DNA of 64,000 nucleotides from Candidatus Danuiimicrobium aquiferis (GCA_001804285.1 MHFR01000063.1:38901-102900), one strand, 5' to 3'. Positions 38,707-48,860 are shown, counted from the first letter of the stretch. Notes: generated by a model from the sequence alone, not told the origin. Translations and numbers: made by a program.

Positions 38707-39714
38707 ATGAGCAAATACACAAAGGCGTTAGAAAAGATCCAGCAGAACAAACTTGAGAAAGAGCATGGCGAATCGCCGTATATTTCGGCGTTTAACATGA
38801 ACGAATCTGAAAACGAAAAGAGCATTGATTGGCAGCACGGCATTGTCAAAATCAAAAATGCAATTCCGGACCGGCGTGTGGTGACGTTCCATTTTTCAGA
38901 TGCATCCGTATCGGAGCAATACCGGATGCTGAAGTTGAATTTAAAAAATCATCTGGCCGGGGATTTCCCGAAAGTGATCATGGTTTCAAGTTCGGTTAAT
39001 GGGGAAGGCAAATCTGTTACGGCCGCTAATTTGGCTGTTTCTCTTGCGGAGGATGCAAATACAAAAGTCGCTTTGGTCGATGCCGATTTGCGGCGCGGAA
39101 GAATCGGTGAATATATGGGGATCGGGCGCAAGTTGGAAGGCGTTTCCGAATTTCTGATGAGCGAAGATCATTTGAATATTAAGAAAATCATGTACAAGAG
39201 TGTTATTGAAAACCTGATTGTGATACCGGCCGGAAAGCTGATGATTAATCCGTCCCGCCTGATCAGCTCGGGAAAAATCAGGGAATTGGTTACGGAATTG
39301 CGTGCGTATTTCGATTATGTGATTGTCGATACCCCGCCGATTATGCCGGTGGCCGATGCGGGAATTATCGGGCGCGATGTGGACGGTCTTCTCATGGTGA
39401 TTCAGGTCGGGAGAACGCCAAAGAGTGTGATTGCGCATTCGAACCAGTTATTTAAACAAACCGGCGCGAAATTGCTCGGTTATGTTTTAACGAATGTCGA
39501 GTACCAATCATCCGATTATAAATATTATCGTTATAATTATTACCGTGACGGAATGGAAAAAGAACGAAAAGGAATGGGGGGGTGGATTTCGAAAAAGGCG
39601 AAAAAAGCCGGAACCGGATTTCAAAATCTCGAAGAAAACTTTAATCAGTGGTGGGATAAGAAAGTTTTGAAAAAAGAAAGTCAACAGACAGGAGACGAGG
39701 GGCACGAGACATAA
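38707..39714 (+). CDS. BY-kinase (CpsD/CapB-family tyrosine autokinase)
   Basis: The Walker A' segment is SSVNGEGKSVTAANLAVSLA and the Walker B is VIVDTPP. A C-terminal tyrosine cluster YQSSDYKYYRYNYYRD is present. Confidence 0.8.
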   Translation: MSKYTKALEKIQQNKLEKEHGESPYISAFNMNESENEKSIDWQHGIVKIKNAIPDRRVVTFHFSDASVSEQYRMLKLNLKNHLAGDFPKVIMVSSSVNGEGKSVTAANLAVSLAEDANTKVALVDADLRRGRIGEYMGIGRKLEGVSEFLMSEDHLNIKKIMYKSVIENLIVIPAGKLMINPSRLISSGKIRELVTELRAYFDYVIVDTPPIMPVADAGIIGRDVDGLLMVIQVGRTPKSVIAHSNQLFKQTGAKLLGYVLTNVEYQSSDYKYYRYNYYRDGMEKERKGMGGWISKKAKKAGTGFQNLEENFNQWWDKKVLKKESQQTGDEGHET

Positions 39715-39719
39715 AGTCT

Positions 39720-39799
39720 GTCATCCCCGCGAAAGCGGGGATCCATAAGTCAGGAAGGACCAAATTGTGCAATAGATTCCCGCTTTCGCGGGAATGACA
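39720..39799. repeat. double-hairpin palindromic repeat
   Basis: GTCATCCCCGCgaaaGCGGGGATCC is followed by a spacer and AGATTCCCGCtttcGCGGGAATGACA. Confidence 0.7.
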
Positions 39800-39844
39800 C
39801 AAATTTACAGAATTTTACTAAAATACAAAAGGAGCAAAACAACA

Positions 39845-40792
39845 ATGTCAAAGTGTTTGGTAACAGGTGGAGCGGGGTTTATCGGTTCAAATTTAGTGGA
39901 TGGATTGGTGGCGTGCGGACACGACGTCCGTGTGTTCGACAATTTATCGACGGGGAAAAGGGAAAATTTAGCGCAGCATGGTTCCAAAATCGAATTGGCC
40001 GTCGGCGATTTAAGAAATCCGGAAGCCATCATGAACGCGGTTCAAGGAATGGATTATGTGTTTCACATGGCTGCATTGCGTGCGGTATTACGATCAGTTG
40101 ATAATCCGATGGAAACAAATGACGTCAATGTGACCGGAACGTTAAATGTTCTAATTGCTTCAAAAGAAGCCGGTGTGAAGCGTCTTGTTTTTACCTCGTC
40201 TTCGTCCGTTTACGGGGATACCGAAGAATTTCCGTTAAAAGAAACATCAACGCCCAATCCGCAATCGCCTTATGCGGCTTCGAAAATTATGGGAGAATAT
40301 TATTCCAAATTATTTACGCGGCTTTACGGCCTTGAAACCGTCAGCCTTCGCTATTTTAATGTATTCGGTCCGCGGCAAAACCCGGAATCGGTATATTCAG
40401 CGGTGATTCCGATTTTTATCGATGCGCTGCTCAAGAAACAATCACCTGAAATTCATTGGGATGGAAAACAATCCCGTGATTTTTCTTTTGTGGACAATGT
40501 GGTCGAAGGGAATTTATGCGCCATGACGGCGCCGGGAGTGGCCGGAGAAGTTTTTAATATTGCTTGCCACGAAGAATATTCCGTGCTCGACATTTTTAAC
40601 GGCATTAAAGAGATTCTCAAAATCCAGGATATTGAGCCTGTGTTCAAGCCGAAACGTGCTGGAGACGTCCGGCGTACGTTTGCGGATATTTCAAAGTCCG
40701 AAAAATTGCTTGGCTTTAAGGTTCAGACGCGGTTTAAGGAAGGCCTTGCGAAGACGGTGGAGTGGTTTTTAAGTTCAGGGGTATTAAAATAA
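39845..40792 (+). CDS. NAD-dependent nucleotide-sugar 4-epimerase (UDP-Glc/UDP-GlcNAc 4-epimerase type)
   Basis: VTGGAGFIGSNL (Rossmann fold) and the YAASK catalytic dyad are present. The ORF track start 39794 lies inside a repeat; the ATG at 39845 follows AAAAGGAG. Confidence 0.8.
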   Translation: MSKCLVTGGAGFIGSNLVDGLVACGHDVRVFDNLSTGKRENLAQHGSKIELAVGDLRNPEAIMNAVQGMDYVFHMAALRAVLRSVDNPMETNDVNVTGTLNVLIASKEAGVKRLVFTSSSSVYGDTEEFPLKETSTPNPQSPYAASKIMGEYYSKLFTRLYGLETVSLRYFNVFGPRQNPESVYSAVIPIFIDALLKKQSPEIHWDGKQSRDFSFVDNVVEGNLCAMTAPGVAGEVFNIACHEEYSVLDIFNGIKEILKIQDIEPVFKPKRAGDVRRTFADISKSEKLLGFKVQTRFKEGLAKTVEWFLSSGVLK

Positions 40793-40893
40793 AGTTTCGA
40801 GTTTAGAGTTTAAACTTTGAACTTTAAACTTTGAACTCTAAACTCTAAACTCTAAACTCGAAACTCAGAACTAAATAACAAGGAACTCAGAAC
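40793..40893. repeat. heptanucleotide tandem repeat (~14 units) forming an imperfect long palindrome, immediately upstream of glmS
   Basis: The units run AGTTTCG AGTTTAG AGTTTAA ACTTTGA ACTTTAA ACTTTGA ACTCTAA x3 ACTCGAA ACTCAGA ACTAAAT. The outer 20 nt (40793-40812) are the reverse complement of 40846-40865. Confidence 0.7.
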
Positions 40894-40894
40894 T

Positions 40895-42733
40895 ATGTGC
40901 GGTATCATTGGTTATATCGGTGAAAAAAAAGTAAGTGATGTCCTCGTGAAAGGTCTGTCTCGTTTGGAATATCGCGGGTACGACTCCGCGGGAATCGCTG
41001 TTTTAAATGAAGACGGCATTTCAGTCTTTAAAGAGGCCGGAAAGCTATCTCAGTTAAAACAGATGATCCATGGGGTTGAATTAACCGGGCATTTAGGTAT
41101 TGCACACACGCGTTGGGCGACACATGGAGAACCTTCCCAGAGAAATGCACACCCGCATACAGATTGCACGGAAACCGTAGCAATCGTCCACAACGGAATT
41201 ATCGAAAACCACGAAGAAATCCGGGCATCGCTTATCCGGCAGGGCCATGAATTTCGGTCGGATACGGATTCCGAAGTGATTGCGCATTTAATCGAAGAAT
41301 ATCATGTGAAAAAAGGGATGAGTTTGGTACAAGCGGTTCGTGTCATGCTTGGGCAATTGGAAGGTAGTTATGCGTTATGCGCAATCAGCCAAAAAGATTT
41401 AAATCAATTTGTCGCTGCCCGGAATGGCAGCCCGCTTGTCGTGGGAGTCGGCCGCGGTGAAAATTTAGTTGCTTCAGATGCGCCGGCGCTTCTCGATCAT
41501 ACCCGTCATGTGATTTTTCTTGATGATCATCAGATGGCGGTGATCAAGCGTGATAGCGTTGAAATTTTTGATCAACACGGAAAACCGGTCAAGCATGAGG
41601 TTCATCGAATTGATTGGGATGCAGATGAAGCTTCGAAACAAGGTTATGATCACTTCATGCTCAAGGAAATCGAAGAGCAGGCGGATATGGTGGAACGGAT
41701 TCTCCGGACAAGATTGCGGGGGGAACTTTCGGAGCATTTATTTGATGTTTTAAAATTTGATCAATCCGAATTTAACAACGTTGAACGAATTGTGATTCAA
41801 GGATGCGGAACTTCATGGCATGCGGCGTTGATCGGGAAATTTTTATTTGAAGCATTAGCCGGTTTGCCGACCGAGGTGGACGTTTCGTCCGAATTCCGGT
41901 ATCGCCATTTGGTGTATCAACCGAATACGCTGGTTTTGTCGATTACTCAGTCCGGCGAAACGATTGATACCTTAATGGGTGTCCGGCGAGGGAAATCTCA
42001 AACCTATAAAACGGTTTCGATCTGTAACGTGCTCGGTAGTACGATTGCCCGTGAATCGGACGGTGTGATTTATACGCAAGCAGGGCCTGAGATCGGGGTT
42101 GCATCAACCAAAGCTTATTTGGCGCAAATGACCATTTTGATTTTATTGAGTTTATATTTTGGAAAAACGAGAAATAAAATCAGCGGGTCAATTTATGATG
42201 AATTTGTTTCTGAATTGCGGACGATTCCCTCAAAATTAAAACAGGTGATTCAAGAAAAAGAAAAAATCCGTGAAATTGCGTTGAAGTATTATGAAGCGCG
42301 CGATTTCCTTTTTTTGTCGAGAGGAATTAACTATCCGAATGCGCACGAGGGTGCGTTGAAAATTAAAGAAATCGGATACATTCACGCGACCGGGCATCCG
42401 GCCGGTGAAATGAAGCACGGGCCGATTGCTTTGATTGATGAGAAAATGCCGGTAGTGTGTATCGCGGTCCGATCCAGTGTTTATGAGAAAATGATTTCGA
42501 ATATCCGGGAAGTCAAAGCGCGCCACGGCAAAGTGATTGCGATTGCGACAGAAGGAGACTCATCGATTAAAAGCATAGTGGATGATTGTGTTTACATTCC
42601 GGCCTGCAGCGAATTTTTATCGCCTTTGCTCGTGGCAGTTCCGCTTCAATATCTTGCTTACTATGTTTCGGTGCTCCGCGGCAATGACGTGGACCAGCCG
42701 AGGAATCTGGCAAAAAGTGTGACGGTAGAGTGA
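40895..42733 (+). CDS. glmS: glutamine--fructose-6-phosphate aminotransferase
   Basis: The N-terminus MCGIIGYIG carries the nucleophile Cys2 and is followed by RLEYRGYDSAGIA. Two SIS domains follow and the protein ends in the characteristic VE. Confidence 0.95.
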   Translation: MCGIIGYIGEKKVSDVLVKGLSRLEYRGYDSAGIAVLNEDGISVFKEAGKLSQLKQMIHGVELTGHLGIAHTRWATHGEPSQRNAHPHTDCTETVAIVHNGIIENHEEIRASLIRQGHEFRSDTDSEVIAHLIEEYHVKKGMSLVQAVRVMLGQLEGSYALCAISQKDLNQFVAARNGSPLVVGVGRGENLVASDAPALLDHTRHVIFLDDHQMAVIKRDSVEIFDQHGKPVKHEVHRIDWDADEASKQGYDHFMLKEIEEQADMVERILRTRLRGELSEHLFDVLKFDQSEFNNVERIVIQGCGTSWHAALIGKFLFEALAGLPTEVDVSSEFRYRHLVYQPNTLVLSITQSGETIDTLMGVRRGKSQTYKTVSICNVLGSTIARESDGVIYTQAGPEIGVASTKAYLAQMTILILLSLYFGKTRNKISGSIYDEFVSELRTIPSKLKQVIQEKEKIREIALKYYEARDFLFLSRGINYPNAHEGALKIKEIGYIHATGHPAGEMKHGPIALIDEKMPVVCIAVRSSVYEKMISNIREVKARHGKVIAIATEGDSSIKSIVDDCVYIPACSEFLSPLLVAVPLQYLAYYVSVLRGNDVDQPRNLAKSVTVE

Positions 42734-42783
42734 GGAGTCGACAGAAGACAGCTTACTAAAGATAACAAGGAGAATCAATACCA

Positions 42784-44094
42784 ATGCAAACATCAACACA
42801 ACAACAACTGAACGAAAAAATCCGCACCAAAACCATCCGCGCCGGTATCATCGGCCTTGGTTATGTGGGGTTGCCGCTTGCGGTGGAGTTTGCGCGTGCC
42901 GGCGTCGAAGTGATCGGAATCGATATTGATTCGAAGAAGGTGACGAGTGTCCAGCAAGGGAAGTCATATATTTTAGATGTGAAGGAATCGGACGTTGCAA
43001 CGTTTGTGAAACGGGAAAAGTTACACGCGACGACGGATTTCAGCGTGATTGCGAATCTCGATACCGTCAATATTTGCGTTCCCACACCGCTCCGGAAATC
43101 GAAAGATCCGGATATTTCCTATATTGTGGCCGCGACACAGGAAATCGCGAAATATGTACATCCGGGGATGCTGATTATCCTTGAAAGCACGACTTATCCC
43201 GGAACGACGGAGGAAGTGATCCTTCCGATGCTTGAGGAGAAAGGGCTTAAAGTCGGAAAAGATTTTTTTCTCGCATTTTCCCCCGAGCGCGTAGATCCGG
43301 GCAATCCCAAATATCACACGGGCAATATCCCGAAAGTGGTCGGAGGCGTGACAAAAGAGTGCACGGAACTTGCCGCGGCTTTCTATGGTCTCGTCATGGA
43401 TACCGTTTGCAGAGTTAAATCAGCGAGTTCGGCCGAAATGGTGAAACTCTTAGAAAACACGTTCCGCAGCGTCAATATCGGGCTTGTGAACGAACTCTGC
43501 CAGATGTGCGCCAAAATGAATTTGGATGTTTGGGAAATTATCGATGCTGCTTCGACGAAACCGTTTGGCTATATGCCGTTTTATCCCGGGCCGGGAATCG
43601 GCGGGCATTGTATTCCGCTCGATCCGCATTATCTCGCATGGAAGGCGAGAAGCTATGGATTTGCGCCGCGTTTTATTGAGCTGGCGAGTGAAGTGAATGA
43701 AAGTATGCCTGAATTTGTGGTCCGGAAGGCACAGGATGTTTTGAATGAAAAAGGAAGAGCGCTTAAAGGTGCGAATGTCCGGATTCTTGGCGTGACGTAT
43801 AAAAAAAATATATCGGATCAGCGGGAATCGCCCGCGCACAGCATCATTGAGATTTTACTCAAAAAGGGCGCTTACGTTTCGTGTTCGGATCCGTTTGTGC
43901 CGGAATACCAAGTGGAAGATAAGTCTTTTAAGTCACTTCCGGTTGACGAGCAAAGCAAAGATGTCGATCTCGCTATTTTGGTCACCGATCACGACCAGTT
44001 TGACAAACAGAAACTGCTCGACACCTTTAAAACTATTTTGGATACCCGTAACGCATTCCGAGACAATCCATCCGCGAAGGTGGTGAAGATTTAG
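42784..44094 (+). CDS. UDP-N-acetyl-D-hexosamine dehydrogenase (WecC/WbpA-like nucleotide-sugar dehydrogenase)
   Basis: AGIIGLGYVGLPLAVEFA (NAD-binding) is present. The Cys nucleophile region (GGHCIP) and the UDPG_MGDP_dh C-terminal domain are also present. Confidence 0.85.
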   Translation: MQTSTQQQLNEKIRTKTIRAGIIGLGYVGLPLAVEFARAGVEVIGIDIDSKKVTSVQQGKSYILDVKESDVATFVKREKLHATTDFSVIANLDTVNICVPTPLRKSKDPDISYIVAATQEIAKYVHPGMLIILESTTYPGTTEEVILPMLEEKGLKVGKDFFLAFSPERVDPGNPKYHTGNIPKVVGGVTKECTELAAAFYGLVMDTVCRVKSASSAEMVKLLENTFRSVNIGLVNELCQMCAKMNLDVWEIIDAASTKPFGYMPFYPGPGIGGHCIPLDPHYLAWKARSYGFAPRFIELASEVNESMPEFVVRKAQDVLNEKGRALKGANVRILGVTYKKNISDQRESPAHSIIEILLKKGAYVSCSDPFVPEYQVEDKSFKSLPVDEQSKDVDLAILVTDHDQFDKQKLLDTFKTILDTRNAFRDNPSAKVVKI

Positions 44095-44115
44095 GACGAA
44101 GAAAATGGAGCCTTT

Positions 44116-44266
44116 GTCATTCCCGCCAAAAAACGCGGCGGGCTTGCCCGCTATGCTTTTTAGCGGCACTGACATGCATTAAAAACATGATTATTATTTA
44201 ATAGGTGGTCAGTACCGTCCTTAACTTCCCATGAAGGACTTATTAGGTTGTTAAGGGCGGGAATCC
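44116..44266. repeat. palindromic repeat unit carrying a ~100 bp secondary insertion (paralogous to 55112-55225)
   Basis: GTCATTCCCGCC ... GGGCGGGAATCC encloses GGCACTGACATGCATTAAAAACATGATTATTATTTAATAGGTGGTCAGTACCGTCCTTAAC..GTTAAGGGC. The minus-strand ORF in the ORF track, 44160..44513, is repeat-derived. Confidence 0.65.
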
Positions 44267-44307
44267 AGCGAATTTGAGGCCTGACTTCGCATCGTCTTAA
44301 AACATTT

Positions 44308-45795
44308 ATGACAACATCCCTCAAACATAAAACAGTCTCCGGCGTCAAGTGGCAGATGATCAACAAGATCACGCAAAAAGTGATCTCTGTCGGAACCTTT
44401 GCTGTCTTAGCACGTATCCTCGATCCTTCCACATTCGGTCTGTTTGCAATGGCGTTTATTTTAATCGATGGTTTCCAGATCTTTAAATCCTTTGGGTTCG
44501 ATTCCGCGCTCATTCAAAGAAAAGAGAATATCGAAGAGGCTTCGCATACCGCATATTTCATCGTGCAGGGAACGGGCGTTTTGATGTTCTTACTTTGTTA
44601 TCTTGCGGCGCCTGTTGCTGCAGGTTTTCTTCATAATCAGGAAGTGACTTCTATTATTCGCGCGCTCGGATTTATTTTTGTGTTTAGCAGCTTTGCCAGA
44701 ATACCTTCCACACTATTGACGAAGCAAATGCGTTTCAACGTCCTTGCCATGATTGATCTGATTGGAGCAGTTGTGAATTCTGCGGTCGCGATTACTCTGG
44801 CTTTGATTTCTCCGACGGTTTGGGCGCTTGTATGGGCCTATCTTCTAAAACAGCTGACAGTCGCAATTCTAACACGTAAATTTTCCGGTTACAGGTTGAA
44901 GTGGAAGTTCGATACAAAGGTTGCTCGGGAACTTTTCCGTTTTGGGAAGTTTATGATGGGGCTTAGCATTCTTTATTACTTTAATGACAACATCAATAAT
45001 ATTGTCATCGCGAAAATTTTGGGGGCTACGGCATTAGGATACTATGCGCTCTCTGCGAACATTGGTAATTTTATCAACACACATTTCACATATTTGCTCG
45101 AAGGAGTCATGTTTCCTGCTTATTCATCTATTCAACAGGATAGGGAAGAAGTAAAACGAGTTTACCTGAAGACTGTTAAGCTTGTTTCAATTGTTGCGTT
45201 TCCGTTTTGCATCCTGCTTATATTTCTTGCTAAAGAATTTACATTAACGCTTTATGGTGCAAAGTGGCTGCCGATAGTCCCTTTGATTCGGTTTTTTGGC
45301 GTTATTCAAATGGTTGTTCCCGTCTATGTCTGTTCAGGTTCATTATTTATGGGCTGCGGAAGGCCGGATTATTTGCAGCGAATTGCACTTTATCAACTTC
45401 TTCTTCAAATTCCAGCATTAATTCTTTTCACGAAATATTTAGGTGTGATAGGAGCTGTTGTCGCGGTGTTTGTTACTTTTTGGAGTTTCTTACCACTAAA
45501 TATAAATTGGGTACGGGGCCTTGTTAAATTTCAAATCAAAGAGTTCCTGCAGCAATTCTTGCCGTCTATTTATTGTGCGGGAGCAATGACTCTTGTGATG
45601 CTGGCTATAAAATTACTTGCTTGTTATTCGACGTTCTCATTTTTGAATACGAACTATCTTGTGTCTTTGTTTGTGCTGGCTTTTAGTGGAGCCGTTGCGT
45701 ATGTTGTTGCTTTTTTTTATGTTGATCGAGCATTGGCGTTGGAAACTAAACAATTGATTCTAAATTTCAATTTTATGAAGAAAGGCGACAGATAA
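44308..45795 (+). CDS. polysaccharide flippase (Wzx, MOP superfamily)
   Basis: A 495-aa protein with ~12-14 TM helices and an N-terminus typical of Wzx/polysaccharide biosynthesis proteins. Confidence 0.8.
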   Translation: MTTSLKHKTVSGVKWQMINKITQKVISVGTFAVLARILDPSTFGLFAMAFILIDGFQIFKSFGFDSALIQRKENIEEASHTAYFIVQGTGVLMFLLCYLAAPVAAGFLHNQEVTSIIRALGFIFVFSSFARIPSTLLTKQMRFNVLAMIDLIGAVVNSAVAITLALISPTVWALVWAYLLKQLTVAILTRKFSGYRLKWKFDTKVARELFRFGKFMMGLSILYYFNDNINNIVIAKILGATALGYYALSANIGNFINTHFTYLLEGVMFPAYSSIQQDREEVKRVYLKTVKLVSIVAFPFCILLIFLAKEFTLTLYGAKWLPIVPLIRFFGVIQMVVPVYVCSGSLFMGCGRPDYLQRIALYQLLLQIPALILFTKYLGVIGAVVAVFVTFWSFLPLNINWVRGLVKFQIKEFLQQFLPSIYCAGAMTLVMLAIKLLACYSTFSFLNTNYLVSLFVLAFSGAVAYVVAFFYVDRALALETKQLILNFNFMKKGDR

Positions 45796-45797
45796 AA

Positions 45798-46715
45798 ATG
45801 TGTGGAACAGTTACTGAAACCAAAATCAATGAGTATAAAAGAAAATGGGAATTAGCATTGCTTTTGCCAGGGAAGGAAGATTTGATTTCAAGCGCTATTG
45901 CTGAATTAAAACTTTATTTTCCAACATTAAACGAACAAGATGTACTTCGAATGTTTCAAAAATCAGAGGAACTATTTGCCGATCAATGGAAACAAGCCCA
46001 AATTGATACTAGGTCTGAGAAGAAACTGATCGATTTTTACAATCAGAGTGAAATCGAAATATTTGAGTTGATGCATTATCACAGCATGGGGTGGAATGAT
46101 GGACCGTTGAATTATGTTTGTGCTTTAGAATTAGCCAAAGAATGTGGTTTTAAGACGTTTATGGATTATGGCTCGGGAGTTGGATCTGGAGGCTTAATTT
46201 TTGCACGAGCTGCGTTTGATGTGATTTTATGCGATATCGCCAGCCCATTGCTTGAGTTTGCTAAGTGGCGGTTTGCAAAAAGAGGTCTTGATGCGACATT
46301 TGTAGATTTAAAGAAATCAGAGCCTGATGGGGTTGCGGATGTGATTACTTGTTTTGAAGTGCTAGAGCATGTTCCCGATCCCATTAAGGTATTACGAAAA
46401 CTCAGGACGTGGTTGAGGACAGGTGGATTATTAATTGTGACCGCACCTTTTTTTAAAGACGAGTTGAGGCCTATGCATATTGTTCATGACACAAAGTTGA
46501 TCAATAAGTTCCGAGCGCAAGGGTTCGCCATTCGATGGGATCTCTACAAAAATATATCAAAAATTGTTCATGGACCATTCTTTATTTTGGAAAAGGTTCA
46601 TCGAAATTGGTTAACAAATATTTTGATCGGGGCATATGATTCATATATCCCGGAGAAATTACGTAGTCGTATTTATAGGATGTTCGCGCGTCTGAAAAGG
46701 CTAATTTGTGGTTAG
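45798..46715 (+). CDS. class I SAM-dependent methyltransferase
   Basis: Motif I is MDYGSGVGSGGL, and there is an acidic residue at the end of beta2 (CDIAS). Confidence 0.7.
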   Translation: MCGTVTETKINEYKRKWELALLLPGKEDLISSAIAELKLYFPTLNEQDVLRMFQKSEELFADQWKQAQIDTRSEKKLIDFYNQSEIEIFELMHYHSMGWNDGPLNYVCALELAKECGFKTFMDYGSGVGSGGLIFARAAFDVILCDIASPLLEFAKWRFAKRGLDATFVDLKKSEPDGVADVITCFEVLEHVPDPIKVLRKLRTWLRTGGLLIVTAPFFKDELRPMHIVHDTKLINKFRAQGFAIRWDLYKNISKIVHGPFFILEKVHRNWLTNILIGAYDSYIPEKLRSRIYRMFARLKRLICG

Positions 46716-47658
46716 CGTTATCATTTGCACTTATAATCGCAGTGAAAGTTTGAAGGATACGTTGCAAGCACTAAAAGTCCAGAAATTGCCAGACGGTGTT
46801 TCTCTTGAAATTATTATAGTAGATAATAATAGCAGCGATTCTACCCACGCCGTTGTTATTGATTCAGAGGTAAATAGTCCTTGGCCGGTTCATTATCTTT
46901 TCGAACCGACGCCTGGAAAATGCTTTGCGTTAAATCGGGGAATCAAACAGGCAAAAGGAGAATTAATTGCTTTGACTGATGACGATACTATTCCAGGTCC
47001 TGATTGGGTAAATGCGCTTTGGGCAGGTTATAAGTTGTATGCCGCAGATTGTACCGGTGGACGTATTTTACCTCTTTGGGTTGAGAAACCTCCTAGCTGG
47101 TTAATGAAACATACTGTTTGTTTGCAGATGCTAGCGATGATAGATCATGGCGATGCTCCCGCTTTTTTAAGTTCTTTCGATCCAGGATTTTTGTTCGGTG
47201 CAAATATGGCTTATCGAAAAAAGACATTCGATGATGTGGGATTGTTCAATACGGATTTAGGCCCAAAGGGTGGTGATCAGATGCGTGGTGAAGATACAGA
47301 CATGTTAGAGCGTTTTGTGAACGCGGGAAAACGGATCGCTTACATTCCCGGAGCAATCGTTTATCACAAAGTTCCAAAAGAACGTATGAGTCGATCATAT
47401 TTTCGGCGCTGGCGTTTCGAATCAGGCCGCGCAACTTGTGTTCAACGGGGCATGAAAAATTCCCATTTTCCGTTATGGCTTCTTCGAGAATGTTTTGGAA
47501 ATTTCTTTCAAGCCATTTATGGTTATGCAATATTCGATTCATGTCGCGCATTTAAAGCTGAAATGATTTTTTGGTTTCAATGCGGAGAGATTATTGAGCT
47601 GACCAAGGATTATGGCACGGTGTATCAGAATATAAAAAAGAAAGCATCGCGTATTTAG
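46708..47658 (+). CDS. glycosyltransferase family 2
   Basis: VSVIICTYNR, IIVDNNSSD and the DDD motif (ALTDDDTIP) are present. Confidence 0.85.
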   Translation: MVSVIICTYNRSESLKDTLQALKVQKLPDGVSLEIIIVDNNSSDSTHAVVIDSEVNSPWPVHYLFEPTPGKCFALNRGIKQAKGELIALTDDDTIPGPDWVNALWAGYKLYAADCTGGRILPLWVEKPPSWLMKHTVCLQMLAMIDHGDAPAFLSSFDPGFLFGANMAYRKKTFDDVGLFNTDLGPKGGDQMRGEDTDMLERFVNAGKRIAYIPGAIVYHKVPKERMSRSYFRRWRFESGRATCVQRGMKNSHFPLWLLRECFGNFFQAIYGYAIFDSCRAFKAEMIFWFQCGEIIELTKDYGTVYQNIKKKASRI

Positions 47659-47825
47659 AAAAAGACGCTCAAAGCTCAAGAATGGAAGGTCTGGAAGAAC
47701 CGGTCAATGAAAATTTTATTAAATAGAGCGCAGCCAATCCCAGGTTTAGTTCATGGTGAAACAGAATTCGTTTTGCACTTTTTTGAAGGTGCATTTATTG
47801 ATTTTGTCAGTTGAGGCGAAACAAA

Positions 47826-48833
47826 ATGGCTAATTTTCTTATTAGTGTCATATTGCCGACTTATAATCGCGAAAAGCTTTTGCGAGAAGCGATTGAAAGT
47901 GTGAAAAAGCAAACTTTCGCAGATTGGGAATTGATTGTTGTTGATGACGGTTCGACGGATGCAACTCGCGATATCTTGAAAGATTACTGTGCAAAAGATT
48001 TACGGATTAAAATGTTGCGAGGAAACCACGGCGGGGCGGCCGCTGCGCGAAATCTTGGTATGAGAGCCGCTTCGGGGAAGTATATCGCGTTTTTAGATGA
48101 TGACGATTTATGGCTTCCTGAAAAACTATTGTTGCAATATGGGGTTTTCGAAAAGTATCCCGATGTTGGTTTCGTTTTTACGGACGGAATGATTGTGAAT
48201 GAAGACGGCCGGCAAGAACGGAAATTATTGCCATATCAGCACAAAGCTTTTTGCGAGTGGTTGACAAATTGTAAAACGGTAGAACCTTTTTTATATGTCG
48301 GGCAACTTCATGAGGTTTTAATCGCTGGAAATTGTATTGCGACGCCAACCCTTGTGCTGAAACGCGAAACGGTTGAGACAGTTGGAGGTTTTAATGCAAA
48401 TTATGAAATTGGAGAAGATTATGATTTCTGGATTCGTCTTTCTCGGCATTTTTCCGGAGCGCTCTTAAAAGTTGAGCTCGTGACAATTCGAATAACTGCA
48501 AGTGGTTTATCGGGCGCTGAAGGTGAAAGGGATTATCGATGGCGTGAGGCGGAGATTCCCATTTTAGAAGCGCATCTATTAGCGGTTTCACATGAACAGC
48601 GAAAGAGTTTAATGAACCGAATTAAACAGCACGGTCGATTGGCGGGCGGGTATTATTTAAAGCAGCGGGATCGTAAACGGTCGCGCAAATTATTAATGAA
48701 ATCGCTTCAATATCAATTTTATCAACCCAAGATTTTATTGTATTTATTTGTGTCATATCTTCCTTTATTTGTTATTTCTTTTTTGCATAAGTTGTTATGG
48801 TTTATTCGTAGGCATCGTCATGAGAATCAATGA
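47826..48833 (+). CDS. glycosyltransferase family 2
   Basis: ISVILPTYNREKLL, IVVDDGSTD and FLDDDDLW are present. The track start 47811 has 5 extra residues. Confidence 0.85.
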   Translation: MANFLISVILPTYNREKLLREAIESVKKQTFADWELIVVDDGSTDATRDILKDYCAKDLRIKMLRGNHGGAAAARNLGMRAASGKYIAFLDDDDLWLPEKLLLQYGVFEKYPDVGFVFTDGMIVNEDGRQERKLLPYQHKAFCEWLTNCKTVEPFLYVGQLHEVLIAGNCIATPTLVLKRETVETVGGFNANYEIGEDYDFWIRLSRHFSGALLKVELVTIRITASGLSGAEGERDYRWREAEIPILEAHLLAVSHEQRKSLMNRIKQHGRLAGGYYLKQRDRKRSRKLLMKSLQYQFYQPKILLYLFVSYLPLFVISFLHKLLWFIRRHRHENQ

Positions 48834-48860
48834 GTCTAACTGCCACTTTAAGGGGCTACA

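Noticed and set aside
40793-40893. glmS ribozyme upstream of glmS
   Set aside because: The sequence is a simple 7-bp tandem repeat lacking the conserved glmS ribozyme core.
44160-44513. Minus-strand ORFs 44160..44513 and 55018..55242 in the ORF track, with similar C-terminal peptides (..NNNHVFNACQCR)
   Set aside because: Their similarity comes from the shared ~100 bp secondary repeat. They are not supported by RBS or context, and 44160..44513 overlaps the Wzx start region.
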